Below, piece by piece: positions 9,743 to 22,716 of a DNA stretch of 52,966 bases (position 1 is the first letter of the stretch; each line of letters starts with the position of its first letter). Below the pieces are notes generated by a model. It did not search any database. It saw only the letters and a list, made by a program, of their open reading frames with translations, and was not told the DNA's origin. The translations under genes and the position numbers were made by a program. Source of the DNA: a bacterium (GTDB lineage: Bacteria > Krumholzibacteriota > Krumholzibacteriia > G020349025); assembly GCA_031362565.1 (NCBI GenBank), contig JANLSU010000091.1, positions 1 to 52,966 of the forward strand, written 5' to 3'.

Positions 9743-10441
9743 TCAGCCGAGATCAAAAAGTAGGATCTCGGCTGGATCGCGCCCCTGGATGTTGAGCGAG
9801 CTCTCGTCACTCACTGCCGCACCATCACCCGCTTCGAGATCGATGTCGTTGAGATGCACCCGCCCACGTGCGACTTGCACCCAAGCGTGCCGGCGCGGTG
9901 CGAGCGGATGCTCGACGCGCGCCCCCGCGGTGAGTAGCGTCGCATAGAGCCGCATGTCCTGATGGACGGTGACGCTGTTGCCGCTGCCCTGCCGCGACGC
10001 GACCAGGCACAGCTTGTCTTGGCGCGCCGCAACATCGAAAGATTTTTGCTCGTAGCCCGGCGCGAGGCCGCGCTTCTCGGGCACGATCCAAATCTGCAGG
10101 AAATGCACCGCGGCATCCTTCGACGCATTGAACTCGCTGTGCAAGACCCCCGTGCCGGCCGTCATCCGCTGCACATCCCCCGGGCGGATCACCGAACCAG
10201 TGCCAAGCGAATCGCGATGTTCGAGCCCGCCCTCCAGCACGTAGGTCAGGATTTCCATATCGCGGTGTGGATGGGTTGGAAAGCCTTGCGCCGGTAGCAC
10301 TCGGTCTTCGTTGATCACCCGCAGGGTTCGGAAGCTCTCGTGCTCCGGGTCGTAGTAGTCGGCAAACGAGAACGTATGGTGGGTGTCGAGCCAGCCGTGG
10401 TCGGCGTGGCCGCGTTCTCGGGCCGGGCGGACGATGATCAT
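9743..10441 (-). CDS. pirin family protein (YhhW-like)
   Basis: RGHADHGWLDTHHTFSFADYYDP, LRVINED, GFPTHPHRDMEI, HSEFN, LQIWI; start at MIIVRP. Confidence 0.92.
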   Translation of the reverse strand: MIIVRPARERGHADHGWLDTHHTFSFADYYDPEHESFRTLRVINEDRVLPAQGFPTHPHRDMEILTYVLEGGLEHRDSLGTGSVIRPGDVQRMTAGTGVLHSEFNASKDAAVHFLQIWIVPEKRGLAPGYEQKSFDVAARQDKLCLVASRQGSGNSVTVHQDMRLYATLLTAGARVEHPLAPRRHAWVQVARGRVHLNDIDLEAGDGAAVSDESSLNIQGRDPAEILLFDLG

Positions 10442-10554
10442 GGCACGCTCCTCGATCTGGGGCCGGCAGTCACACGCCGACAGCCTACCGCAGCGGCGGG
10501 ACTTCTTGCACAATGGCGCCGTCGGAATACCGCACCGCGAAAGGAACCTTGCCC

Positions 10555-11793
10555 ATGAGCGGACAGCGAACCGGTCGCAAGGACGATCGCCTGTTCGTGC
10601 GCGAGGGACGCCGCAGCTACCGGCGCCAGTTCTCGCGCACCGAGGTGCGTTTGGGCGCCGGCGTGCTCGTGGTGTTGGGCGCGATCGGGGTCTGGGTCGC
10701 ATGGAAGGGGGCGCATCCGGATCCCAGCCTCTTCGAAGCCGGCTTCGAGGCCGGTGACGCGTCGGTCAAGGCCGCGCCCCGGACCGTTTCGGACGGCAAC
10801 GCACCAGGTGCGGCCGACCGCAGCGAGGGTGGCCCAGCCACGAACCGCAGTGCCGCCGTCGAGACCGGCAGCCGTGCGGCGCTACCCGCCGATCTCGCGG
10901 CCCCGGGCTTTACGACCGGCAAGGCCACCCACTTCGACCCGACGAACTTGTACGTCAAGGTGGATGGACGTGAGGACTACTACAAAGGCTTCGGCTTCAA
11001 GGCGCTGCACTGTGTTTCGCTGACGGCGAGCGACAATGACGCCGTGACCGTCGACATCGAACTCTTCGATCTTGGGACGGCGGCCAATGCGCTCGGCGCC
11101 TATGCGGGCGAGCGCGCGCCCGATGCGGCTTCGCAAGTGAACGGCAGCGGCCTCTGGCACCGGTCGCGGAATGCCGAGTTTGCGACCGTGGGCCACTACT
11201 ACGCCCGTATCCTGGGCGCCGACGAATCGGCGCCGGTGATCGCACAGCTCGAGCACGCCCGGCGCGCTCTGTCGGCCGCCTTGCCCGCAGAACCGCTGCC
11301 CTGGGGATACGAGCTGTTCGTGGCCGGCATGAAGCTCGACCCGGGCCAGGTGTCTTACACGCTCGAGAACGCGTACTCGCTCGGTTTCGCACGCAATGTC
11401 TATTCGGCGCCGCTTGGCGGTGGCGACGCGGAAGGTTTCGTGGTTGCGACCGCCGACGCCAAGAGCGCCACCGCGCTCGCGGCGCGCTTCATCGAGGGTT
11501 TTCTCGACTACGGGGACGACGCCGGCACCGAGCATGGCCTGCATTGGGTCCGCGACCGCAATCTGCACACCCTGGTGACCACCCAGGCGGCCGGCGTCTG
11601 GGTCGTTGGAGTGCGTGGCGTTGCCGATGCCAAACGTGGTGCGAGCACGTTGGCGGCGCTCGAGGCCGCGGTGCGTGCCTTGCCGGCGGCAACGGTCGCG
11701 CGCGCCCAGGCGGACGCTGCCGCCACGCCCGCCGAGACCCCCGCTTCGTCGAGTGATCCGGGCGGCGCCGGCAATACGGAACCGCACGGCTAA
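10555..11793 (+). CDS. membrane-anchored DUF6599-like protein
   Basis: One N-terminal TM segment; NLYVKVDG...Y...GF and IELFDLGT..NALGAY segments typical of DUF6599; sits upstream of DUF362. Confidence 0.65.
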   Translation: MSGQRTGRKDDRLFVREGRRSYRRQFSRTEVRLGAGVLVVLGAIGVWVAWKGAHPDPSLFEAGFEAGDASVKAAPRTVSDGNAPGAADRSEGGPATNRSAAVETGSRAALPADLAAPGFTTGKATHFDPTNLYVKVDGREDYYKGFGFKALHCVSLTASDNDAVTVDIELFDLGTAANALGAYAGERAPDAASQVNGSGLWHRSRNAEFATVGHYYARILGADESAPVIAQLEHARRALSAALPAEPLPWGYELFVAGMKLDPGQVSYTLENAYSLGFARNVYSAPLGGGDAEGFVVATADAKSATALAARFIEGFLDYGDDAGTEHGLHWVRDRNLHTLVTTQAAGVWVVGVRGVADAKRGASTLAALEAAVRALPAATVARAQADAAATPAETPASSSDPGGAGNTEPHG

Positions 11794-11928
11794 CCCTGGG
11801 TTACAACCTCGTTACAAGTAGCACTCAGCGGTCGGCCGTGGTGGGCTGAATGTGTGGCGTGTTACGATGTTTGCCGTCCGTTGCGATCGTCCTCGCACGC
11901 GGCGTTCGTGGAAGGGGGCCTCGTTCTC

Positions 11929-12972
<1,044 letters not shown>

Positions 12973-13018
12973 ACTCGAGTCTCGCAATGCATTCGCCCGA
13001 GCGCGGGGAGACGCGCCC

Positions 13019-14794
<1,776 letters not shown>

Positions 14795-14808
14795 GACGGA
14801 GGAACGAC

Positions 14809-16023
14809 ATGCAAGACGATGCCAAGCGAATCAGCCGGCGGGATTTGTTCAAACTCGGAGCGGCGAGCGCCGGAGCGATGGCTCTGGGTGCAGGGCTGCC
14901 CGGGCTGGTGCATGCTGAAGACAAGGCCGCGGTGCCGGCGTTGCCGCAGGTGCCGCGGCGCAAGCTCGGCAAGACTGGCAAGGAGATTCCGATTCTACTC
15001 ATGGGCGGCGCGATGAAGCTCGATCCCAAACTGGATCCGAAGCTCGCCGAGTGTTTGCGGTTCGGCGTGAATTATTTCGACGCTGCCGACTGTTACGCCG
15101 GTGGAACCTGCGAGGGCGCCGTCGCCTCGTTCATGAGTACCGCCGGCATCAAACGTGAGAGCGTTTGGATCACGAGCAAGAGCGACGCCCACGACCCGGC
15201 CGGGTTCGAAGCCACGCTCGCGACAAGCCTGCAGAAGCTGAACACGAAGTACGTCGACATGTACTTCCTGCACGCCTTACAGGACGGCAACTTCCTGAGC
15301 CCGGAGATGGCCAAGACGGCGGAGCGCCTGAAGAAGGAAGGCAAGATCCGCCACATCGGTTTCTCGTGCCACGATGCGAACGTCGCGGAGCTGCTGCAGA
15401 AGGCAGCGACGCTCCCCTGGATCGACGCGATCATGTTCAAGTACAACTTCCGCGATTACGGCAACAAGCCGCTGAACGCCGCCATGGACGCGTGCCACAC
15501 GGCCAATATCGGCCTCATCGCCATGAAGACTCAGGGCTCGGAGGCCTCGTTCGCGGATGCCTGGCAGAAATTCCAAAAGGTCGGCAAGTGGTCGAAGCAG
15601 CAAGCGGTGTTGAAGGCCGTGTGGTCCGATGAGCGGATCACGGCCGCGGTGTCGCACATGGATTCCATGGACAAGCTGAAGCAAAACATCGCCGCCGCGT
15701 GCGACAAGTTCGAACTGGGCCAAGCGGAAGTCGAGGCCATCGAACGCTACGCGGCCGAGACCCGGTCGCTGGCCTGCAACGGCTGCGAGCACATTTGTAA
15801 CGCCGCGGTCGATGCCCCGGTGCGCATCGGCACGACGCTGCGCTATCTCATGTACCACGACGTCTACGGCCAGCAAGACGAAGCGCGCGCCGCGTTCGCC
15901 AAACTGCCGGCCGAAGCCCAGCGCATCGCCGGTGTCGATTACCGCCCGGCCAACGCTGCCTGCCCGCACGGCGTCGACGTGGCCTGGCACATGCGCCGTG
16001 CCGCCGAGGTGCTGCAGGCATAA
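14809..16023 (+). CDS. Tat-exported aldo/keto reductase with C-terminal Fe-S motif
   Basis: SRRDLFK signal; [57 protein letters not shown]...CP. Confidence 0.88.
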   Translation: MQDDAKRISRRDLFKLGAASAGAMALGAGLPGLVHAEDKAAVPALPQVPRRKLGKTGKEIPILLMGGAMKLDPKLDPKLAECLRFGVNYFDAADCYAGGTCEGAVASFMSTAGIKRESVWITSKSDAHDPAGFEATLATSLQKLNTKYVDMYFLHALQDGNFLSPEMAKTAERLKKEGKIRHIGFSCHDANVAELLQKAATLPWIDAIMFKYNFRDYGNKPLNAAMDACHTANIGLIAMKTQGSEASFADAWQKFQKVGKWSKQQAVLKAVWSDERITAAVSHMDSMDKLKQNIAAACDKFELGQAEVEAIERYAAETRSLACNGCEHICNAAVDAPVRIGTTLRYLMYHDVYGQQDEARAAFAKLPAEAQRIAGVDYRPANAACPHGVDVAWHMRRAAEVLQA

Positions 16024-16095
16024 CGGCACCAAGGGTGTCGCGGCCTTCCGTCACTGGGGCGAAAGGCCGTGGCGCTCCGGTGTATGCTCCCGGGC

Positions 16096-16788
16096 ATGAC
16101 GGAGTCATTCCCGCGCGCCGTGCCAGCCAGCGATCACTCCGTGCTCGTCGAGTTCGGGGATTCGATCGGCCTCGACCTGCACCGGCGGGTGCATCGGTTC
16201 TTCCTCACGATGCAACGGCATGCGGATCCATTCGTTCGCAATCTGCATCCAGCCTATGCTTCGGTGCTGGTCTGTTTTGATCCGGACGCAATCTCGCACG
16301 CCGGCATCGCGGCTCTGATTCGGGCCCGGCTCGAGTGTCTCGACGCGCTGGAGTTGCCGCCGCCGCGTCTCGTAGAGATCCCGGTGTGTTACGCCCCGGA
16401 GTTCGGACCCGACCTGGAGTTTGTGGCGGCGAGCCATGGCGTGACGACGGCGGACGTAATCCGCGCCCACAGCACGCCCGAGTATCGCGTCTACTTCCTC
16501 GGGTTCGCGCCGGGATTCCCCTATCTGCATGGCTTGCCGCCCGAACTCGCGACGCCGCGCCGTGCGAGCCCGCGCCTGCGAGTCGCCGAGGGTAGCGTCG
16601 CCATCGGCGGTGCCGTGACGGGGATCTATCCGGTAGCGTCGCCCGGCGGTTGGAATCTCATCGGCCGTACACCGGTGCGCCTTTTCACGCCCGACACGAA
16701 TCCGCCCGTGCGGCTCGAGATCGGCGATCGCGTTCGCTTCCAGGCCATCACGCGCGATGCGTTCGACACCTCGGAGCACCACGCCTGA
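16096..16788 (+). CDS. pxpB: 5-oxoprolinase subunit B
   Basis: PAYASVLV, VEIPVCY..EFGPDL, YFLGFAPGFPYL, GSVAIGG..TGIYP..SPGGWNLIGRTP. Confidence 0.9.
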   Translation: MTESFPRAVPASDHSVLVEFGDSIGLDLHRRVHRFFLTMQRHADPFVRNLHPAYASVLVCFDPDAISHAGIAALIRARLECLDALELPPPRLVEIPVCYAPEFGPDLEFVAASHGVTTADVIRAHSTPEYRVYFLGFAPGFPYLHGLPPELATPRRASPRLRVAEGSVAIGGAVTGIYPVASPGGWNLIGRTPVRLFTPDTNPPVRLEIGDRVRFQAITRDAFDTSEHHA

Positions 16789-16806
16789 GATTGGAGCTGC
16801 GGTCGC

Positions 16807-17757
16807 ATGGCGGTCATTCGAGTCGTCAAACCCGGGCTCTCGTCGACGGTGCAGGATCTGGGGCGTCCGGGATACGGATATCTGGGCGTTTCCGCCTGCG
16901 GCGCCGCCGACGCGTTGGCGCTCCGTGCCGGCAACCGCCTCTTGGGCAACGACGACGATGCAGCCGGCATCGAAATGACGCTTCTTGGAGCCGCGGTCGT
17001 TTTCGACGCCGCAACGACCGTGGCATTCACGGGTGGCGAGTTCGCCGGTGAATTCCGCGGCGCGCCGCTTCCTTGGTGGCAACGGCTCGACGTCGGCGCC
17101 GGCGAGCGCATCGACATCGGCCCGAGCCGCACCGGCGCCCGCTGCTACTTGTGCGTCCGTGGTGGTATCGCCGTGCCGCCCTTGATGGGCAGCCGGTCGA
17201 CACATGTCATGAGCGGCTTGGGCGGGCACGCGGGGCGCCGGTTGCAGGCGGACGATGTGCTGCCCATTGGTCCGGCCCCGCGCGGCGCACCGTTCCCGGC
17301 GGCAATCGACCGCGAATCTGTGCGGCTCTTGTATGCACCGGGCCCGATTCGCGTCACCTGCGGCCCGCAAGCCGATTCCTTCGTGGACGATGCATGGGCA
17401 CAGTTCACCTCCGAGCCGTTCCAGGTCGCCGAGCAGTCCGACCGGGTCGGCATACGGCTTACGGGGCCGGTGCTTACGCGCCGCGATTCACGCGAGATTC
17501 TGAGCGAAGGAGTCTCTTTGGGCGCCATTCAAGTGCCGCTGGATGGGCAGCCGATCCTGCTTTTCGTGGACCATCAAACGACCGGCGGCTATCCCAAGAT
17601 TGCGAATGTGTGCAGCGCCGATCTGCATCGCGTGGCACAATTGCGGCCTCGCGACGCGGTGCGCTTCACCCTCGTCTCATTCGAGGCGGCCGAGCGCTTG
17701 CGTCGTGAATCGCAAACCCGCGTCGATGCGTTGTTCACCGGAGGATCGGGCGCATGA
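16807..17757 (+). CDS. pxpC: 5-oxoprolinase subunit C
   Basis: TVQDLGR.G, GN.LLGN, GSRST, SDRVGIRL, GAIQVP..GQPI, QTTGGYPKI. Confidence 0.9.
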   Translation: MAVIRVVKPGLSSTVQDLGRPGYGYLGVSACGAADALALRAGNRLLGNDDDAAGIEMTLLGAAVVFDAATTVAFTGGEFAGEFRGAPLPWWQRLDVGAGERIDIGPSRTGARCYLCVRGGIAVPPLMGSRSTHVMSGLGGHAGRRLQADDVLPIGPAPRGAPFPAAIDRESVRLLYAPGPIRVTCGPQADSFVDDAWAQFTSEPFQVAEQSDRVGIRLTGPVLTRRDSREILSEGVSLGAIQVPLDGQPILLFVDHQTTGGYPKIANVCSADLHRVAQLRPRDAVRFTLVSFEAAERLRRESQTRVDALFTGGSGA

Positions 17758-19001
17758 TGGCCTGGAGCCGCGAGATTTCACGCCGGCAGTGGCAATGCCT
17801 GGGTGCAGCACTGCTGGGCTGGATGCTGGACGGCATGGACATCATGCTCTATGCCTTCGCGCTCAGTGCCATTCGCGCCGAGTTCGGGCTGAGCGCCGCC
17901 GGGGCCGGGGCACTCGCTTCGGTGACGCTCGTCGCATCGGCATTTGGTGGAGCGGTGTTTGGTTTTCTCGCCGACCGGTTCGGCCGGGTGCGAGCCCTCG
18001 TCGGCTCCATCCTCGTGTACTCGATCTTCACGGCGCTGACGGCGACGGCGCGTGGGATTCCCGAACTCGTTCTGTGGCGCGCCCTCGTCGGGCTGGGCCT
18101 GGGCGGCGAGTGGTCGACGGGTTCGGTGCTCGTTTCCGAGACCTGGCCCGCGGCACATCGCGGCAAAGCGATCGGCTTCATGCAGTCGGGCTGGGCCATC
18201 GGTTACATCCTGGCGGCGCTTTGCGCGGCGGCCATCTTGCCGCGCTTTGGTTGGCGCATGCTGTTCGTGATCGGAATCCTGCCCGCCCTCGTCACGGTGT
18301 GGATCCGCCGCGCGATTCCGGAGCCGGAACTCTGGCGCGTTCAGCGGGCGAAATCGGGGCCGGTGCCGGTGCGCACCGCGCTCGGCATGATGATCCGGCC
18401 GCCGCTTCTCGGCCGCACGTTCTTCGCCACGCTGACCACGACCTGCGTGCTCTTCGCATATTGGGGCTTGTTCACCTGGATCCCAACGTTCCTCTCGACA
18501 CCGATCGAAAAGGGCGGCGCCGGTTTGAGCATCGTTCGTTCGTCGACCTGGGTGATCCCGATGCAGATCGGCGCCTTTTTCGGCTACACGCTCTTCGGTT
18601 TCGCCGCCGACCGGTTCGGGCGGCGCCCGGCGTTCATCGGATTTCTGCTGGGCGCGGCGATTCTGGTTCCCGTCTATTGCCTCGCAGGCCGCAATCCAAC
18701 CGTGCTGATCCTGCTGGGCCCGGCGGTGGGTTTCTTTGGACATGGTTACTTCAGCGCCTTTGGCGCCATGTTGTCGGAATTGTTCCCGACGCGGATTCGT
18801 GCGACCGCCCAGGGGATTGCATACAACACCGGTCGCGGGGTGAGCGCCTTCGCACCGTCGCTGATCGGGGCGGTCGCCGATCGATCCGGCCTCGGCCTGG
18901 CTCTCGCGTGCACGTCGGCATTCTTTGTTCTGGGAGCGTTGGCGAGCTTGTTCTTACCGGAAACACGCGCCACCGAATTGCCGGCCGAGGTGGGCTCATG
19001 A
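17754..19001 (+). CDS. MFS transporter (SHS/AAHS-like)
   Basis: About 12 TM segments; GFLADRFGR motif A twice, GLGLGGEW, SETWP..RG, SELFPT.IRAT, LPET; ATGA overlaps with pxpC and pxpA. Confidence 0.9.
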   Translation: MMAWSREISRRQWQCLGAALLGWMLDGMDIMLYAFALSAIRAEFGLSAAGAGALASVTLVASAFGGAVFGFLADRFGRVRALVGSILVYSIFTALTATARGIPELVLWRALVGLGLGGEWSTGSVLVSETWPAAHRGKAIGFMQSGWAIGYILAALCAAAILPRFGWRMLFVIGILPALVTVWIRRAIPEPELWRVQRAKSGPVPVRTALGMMIRPPLLGRTFFATLTTTCVLFAYWGLFTWIPTFLSTPIEKGGAGLSIVRSSTWVIPMQIGAFFGYTLFGFAADRFGRRPAFIGFLLGAAILVPVYCLAGRNPTVLILLGPAVGFFGHGYFSAFGAMLSELFPTRIRATAQGIAYNTGRGVSAFAPSLIGAVADRSGLGLALACTSAFFVLGALASLFLPETRATELPAEVGS

Positions 19002-19771
19002 GCATCCGGCGCATCGACTTGAATGCCGACGTCGGCGAAATCTCCACCGCGCTCGCCGATGGTTCCGAAGCGCGCCTGGTGCGCGCCGTGACCTCGGTCA
19101 ACATCGCCTGTGGTGGACACGCCGGGAATCCCGCCAGCATGGCCGCCCTGGTGGCCATCGCGCACCGGCTCGGGGTCGCGATCGGCGCCCATCCTTCGTA
19201 TCCGGACGTGACGCACTTCGGCCGTGACGTCATGCACATTTCGCCGAGCGACCTGCAGGCGTCCATCACCGCGCAGGTCGAAGCATTGATCGACGTGGCC
19301 CGCGCGCAGGGCGCCCGGGTGCGGCACGTGAAACCGCATGGCGCTCTCTACAACCTCGCCGCCACGAGCGCCGATGTCGCCGCGACGATCGGCCGTGCCC
19401 TCGAAGAGTGGCGCAAAGATCTGATTCTCGTCGGACTCGCCGGTGCGCCGGTGCTGGACGTCTGGCGGGAGGCCGGATTTCGCGTTGCCGGCGAAGCCTT
19501 CGCCGACCGGCGCTACGAGCCGGATGGCAGCCTGCGCGGCCGGCACCATGTGGATGCGCTTCTGACTGATCCGGCCGGAGCGGCGCAGCAGGCGCTGGAC
19601 GTCGTCGAAGGCCGCGGCGCCGTCTCGGTCACGGGCAGCCGCGTGCCGCTCGCGCCCGAGACTCTCTGTGTGCACGGCGACACCCCCAACGCGGTGGCGA
19701 TCGCGCAGGCCGTGCGCGCCGCACTCGAAGCCGGCGGCATCAGAGTGCAGCGCCTCGGCGGGGTGGCCTGA
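18998..19771 (+). CDS. pxpA: 5-oxoprolinase subunit A (LamB/YcsF)
   Basis: IDLNADVGE, NIACGGHAG, IGAHPSYPD..HFGR, HVKPHGALYN, EAFADR.Y, TLCVHGDTP. Confidence 0.92.
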   Translation: MSIRRIDLNADVGEISTALADGSEARLVRAVTSVNIACGGHAGNPASMAALVAIAHRLGVAIGAHPSYPDVTHFGRDVMHISPSDLQASITAQVEALIDVARAQGARVRHVKPHGALYNLAATSADVAATIGRALEEWRKDLILVGLAGAPVLDVWREAGFRVAGEAFADRRYEPDGSLRGRHHVDALLTDPAGAAQQALDVVEGRGAVSVTGSRVPLAPETLCVHGDTPNAVAIAQAVRAALEAGGIRVQRLGGVA

Positions 19772-19919
19772 AAAATCGCTCCGCCCTCGGAGCGTCGTTG
19801 CCTTCGGTCACCCCAACCATCTATCATCGCACCCACTGAGTCCAATTTTGCCGAAAACCACGGTCGGCGGCGCGGCGGGAAGCTCGCGACGCAGTCGCGC
19901 GTTGAACGGGAGGCGAACG

Positions 19920-21176
19920 ATGCCAGGCCGGCAAGTTTGTTTCGCGCTCGTAGTGATCGCCCTCGCGGCTCCGTGCAGAGCCCAGGAAGACTCGACCAGC
20001 GTGCTGCCGGACTGGACCGCTGTCGGCACCAATTTTTTCCCGCTCGCACCCGCGGCGGTCGTGCAGCCCGCGGTCACGGGCGCCGACGTCACGGACGCCC
20101 ACGCCTACTTCGTCGCCGACCCGTTCCTGTTTCAAGAAAAAGGCATCTGGTACTTGTTTTTCGAGGCGACGGTGCCGCTGGGCGTGATCGCAGTCGCGAC
20201 CAGCAACGACGCGCTGCACTGGAACTACGAACGCATCGTGCTCCGCGAGACGGCGCAAGTCTCGTTTCCAAGCGTGTTCAAAGCCGACGGCGAGTTCTAC
20301 ATGACGCCGGAAACGACGGCATGGCACGCGGTGCGCCTGTATCGGGCGGCGAGCTTCCCGCGCGGCTGGACGCTGGTTTCCGAATTGGTCACCGGGCGCG
20401 ACTTCGCCGATCCGACGATCTTCCGGTATCACGGCCGGTGGTGGATGTTCGTCAGCAACGCGGCGAGCGATACCTGTTGGCTGTACTCCAGCGACACGCT
20501 CGAGAGCGGCTGGGTCGAGCACCCCGCGAGCCCGATCATCGCCGGCAATCGCGCCCGGGCCCGGCCGGCGGGCCGGGGGCTCGTGCTGCAAGGCGACCGG
20601 GTTTTCCGCCTGGCGCAGAACGACACGCCCAACTATGGGCATGCGGTGCGGCTCTTCGAAGTCGACGTGCTGACGCCGGAGACGTATCACGAGAACCTTT
20701 CTCCCGACAGCCCGATTCTGAATGCCAGCGGCGCGGGATGGAACGCCGATGGCATGCACACCTGCGATCCGTGGTGGACAGGCGACCATTGGATCGCCGC
20801 CGTGGACGGTCAAGCGAACGGCCAGTGGAGTATCGGGATCTATACGACGCCGGTACCGGTGACCGGAGTGCCGATTGAACCCGATGCGGCGGCGGGGCGA
20901 TCGATGCTGCAAAGCGCCCCGAATCCGTTCGGCAGGACGACGCGGATCTCGTACCGCTTGAGCCCGGCGCCGGGGGCCGCCTCGGGACAATTCTTGATCA
21001 GCGATGCCGCGGGCCGCATCGTGCGGTCAGAGCGCTTGACGCCTTGGCCTGCGGCCGGTTCCTTCCTCTGGGATGGGCGCGACGCCTCGGGGCAGCGTCT
21101 GCCGGCCGGCGTGTACTATGGCCGTGCCGCGTGCGGTGATCGCGCCGCGACCGTGCGGCTGGTGATTTTGCGGTAG
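19920..21176 (+). CDS. secreted GH43-like five-bladed propeller (GINT1 N-terminal-like) protein with FlgD-Ig C-terminal domain
   Basis: Signal peptide; ADPFLF...LFFE, YMTPE..RLYRA..FP..W, DPTIF, RPAG, GMHT.D; C-terminus APNPFGR...DAAGR...WDGRDASG..LPAGVYY. Confidence 0.75.
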   Translation: MPGRQVCFALVVIALAAPCRAQEDSTSVLPDWTAVGTNFFPLAPAAVVQPAVTGADVTDAHAYFVADPFLFQEKGIWYLFFEATVPLGVIAVATSNDALHWNYERIVLRETAQVSFPSVFKADGEFYMTPETTAWHAVRLYRAASFPRGWTLVSELVTGRDFADPTIFRYHGRWWMFVSNAASDTCWLYSSDTLESGWVEHPASPIIAGNRARARPAGRGLVLQGDRVFRLAQNDTPNYGHAVRLFEVDVLTPETYHENLSPDSPILNASGAGWNADGMHTCDPWWTGDHWIAAVDGQANGQWSIGIYTTPVPVTGVPIEPDAAAGRSMLQSAPNPFGRTTRISYRLSPAPGAASGQFLISDAAGRIVRSERLTPWPAAGSFLWDGRDASGQRLPAGVYYGRAACGDRAATVRLVILR

Positions 21177-21227
21177 TGCGCCAGGCGTGTCGCGTTTGGG
21201 CTCGCCGGATCGAACGCGAGGGGCCCC

Positions 21228-22433
21228 GTGCGACGCGTGCTGTTGTTTTCGATCCTGCTCATCCTCGGGCTCGCCGGATCACAACTCCTTCCCAGCGCGC
21301 TCGGCGCCGCATTTCCCGCTTTGGCAACCGCAATCCGCGTGCTGACGATGCTCGCGCTCGCCTTCATCATGATTCACGTCGGCTACGAATTCGAGATCGA
21401 CCGGACGCGGCTGCGTTCGTACGCGGTGGACTACGGTGTCGCTGGCACTGCGGCCGCACTGCCCTGGCTGCTGTGCGCGCTCTACTTCGTGTTCGTGATG
21501 GCGCCGCGGGGCGCGGCCACGGAGTTCGGCCCGTGGAAGGAAGCCCTGCTGGCGGGCCTCTTCGCGGCACCCACTTCGGCCGGCATCCTCTTTTCGATGC
21601 TGGCGGCGGCTGGTTTGTCGTCGACTTGGCTGTTCAAGAAAGCGCGCGTGCTGGCCATTTTCGACGATCTGCAAACGGTCCTCTTGATGATCCCACTCAA
21701 GATGATGATCGTCGGCCTGCGGTGGCAGCTGGGGGTGATCGTCGTGGTGATGGCGGGGCTGATCGGACTCGGCTGGAAGTATCTGCACCGCGTCCCGATC
21801 CCCGTGACCTGGCCTTGGGTTCTCGGCTATGCGGGCGCGATCACCCTGGTCTTGGAAGCGATCGATCACGCCAGCCGGCTCATCGATGGCACGTTGCCGA
21901 TTCACATCGAGGTCCTGCTGCCGGCGTTCATCCTCGGAACCGTGTTGGCGCGCCCGGCAGGCCACGATCCGCACCAAGACGATGCGCGGGAAGGCCATCT
22001 CGAGGGACCAGAAAGCGCTACCGAACAACGGGTTGCAACCTGGGTCTCGGCCGCCTTCATGGTGTTGGTCGGCCTGTCCATTCCGGTTCTGTCTCTGCAG
22101 GGCGCCGCGGGGGCCGGCGGGCTGCTATTGCACACTCTCGCGCTCACCCTGCTGGCCAATACCGGGAAGATGTTCCCCATGCTGTGTTACGGGCGGGAGG
22201 CGACGCGGCGTGAGCGGCTCGCGCTCTGCATCGGCATGTGGCCGCGCGGCGAAGTGGGCGCCGGCGTGCTCGTGGTCTCGCTGTCGTTTGGGATCAGCGG
22301 CGCGATGATCACCGCTGCGACGCTGTCATTGGCGTTGAATCTCCTCTGCACCGGGCTTTTCATCTTGCTCGTCAAGCGGCTTTTGCGGCGCGAGCCATTG
22401 ATGACGAATTTGTCACGTGGCGGCCGCATCTAA
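21228..22433 (+). CDS. cation:proton antiporter family membrane protein
   Basis: About 11-12 TM segments; APTSAGIL, LAIFDDL, GK, GMWPRGEVG motifs of the CPA type. Confidence 0.75.
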   Translation: MRRVLLFSILLILGLAGSQLLPSALGAAFPALATAIRVLTMLALAFIMIHVGYEFEIDRTRLRSYAVDYGVAGTAAALPWLLCALYFVFVMAPRGAATEFGPWKEALLAGLFAAPTSAGILFSMLAAAGLSSTWLFKKARVLAIFDDLQTVLLMIPLKMMIVGLRWQLGVIVVVMAGLIGLGWKYLHRVPIPVTWPWVLGYAGAITLVLEAIDHASRLIDGTLPIHIEVLLPAFILGTVLARPAGHDPHQDDAREGHLEGPESATEQRVATWVSAAFMVLVGLSIPVLSLQGAAGAGGLLLHTLALTLLANTGKMFPMLCYGREATRRERLALCIGMWPRGEVGAGVLVVSLSFGISGAMITAATLSLALNLLCTGLFILLVKRLLRREPLMTNLSRGGRI

Positions 22434-22716
22434 CACGCGCCCGTGCTCGTCGCAAGAGCAGGCCCACTGGACGCCGCAGCCGGAACGGAACCTGCAACAA
22501 CGGATCCTGTACATATAATGTCCGTCGGGAATCGGCCGATGAGCGCGAGCACCGCCCTGGGCCTCCCCCACGGTCGCCTGGAGCGTCGCGGCGTCCGGAC
22601 GCCCGGACGGTTTCAACGGATTCGCGAAGTTCGTGGACACATCGGCGTGCGCTTGCTACCTTACGGGTGCCAGAGTGCTTCGCCACGGCGCCGGGGCCCC
22701 AGAACGCACGCCCGGC

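Noticed and set aside
22434..22716. Possible RNA thermometer or long leader before the desaturase
   Set aside because: A TATAAT and small hairpins exist, but the start codon is uncertain and no recognisable structure is supported.
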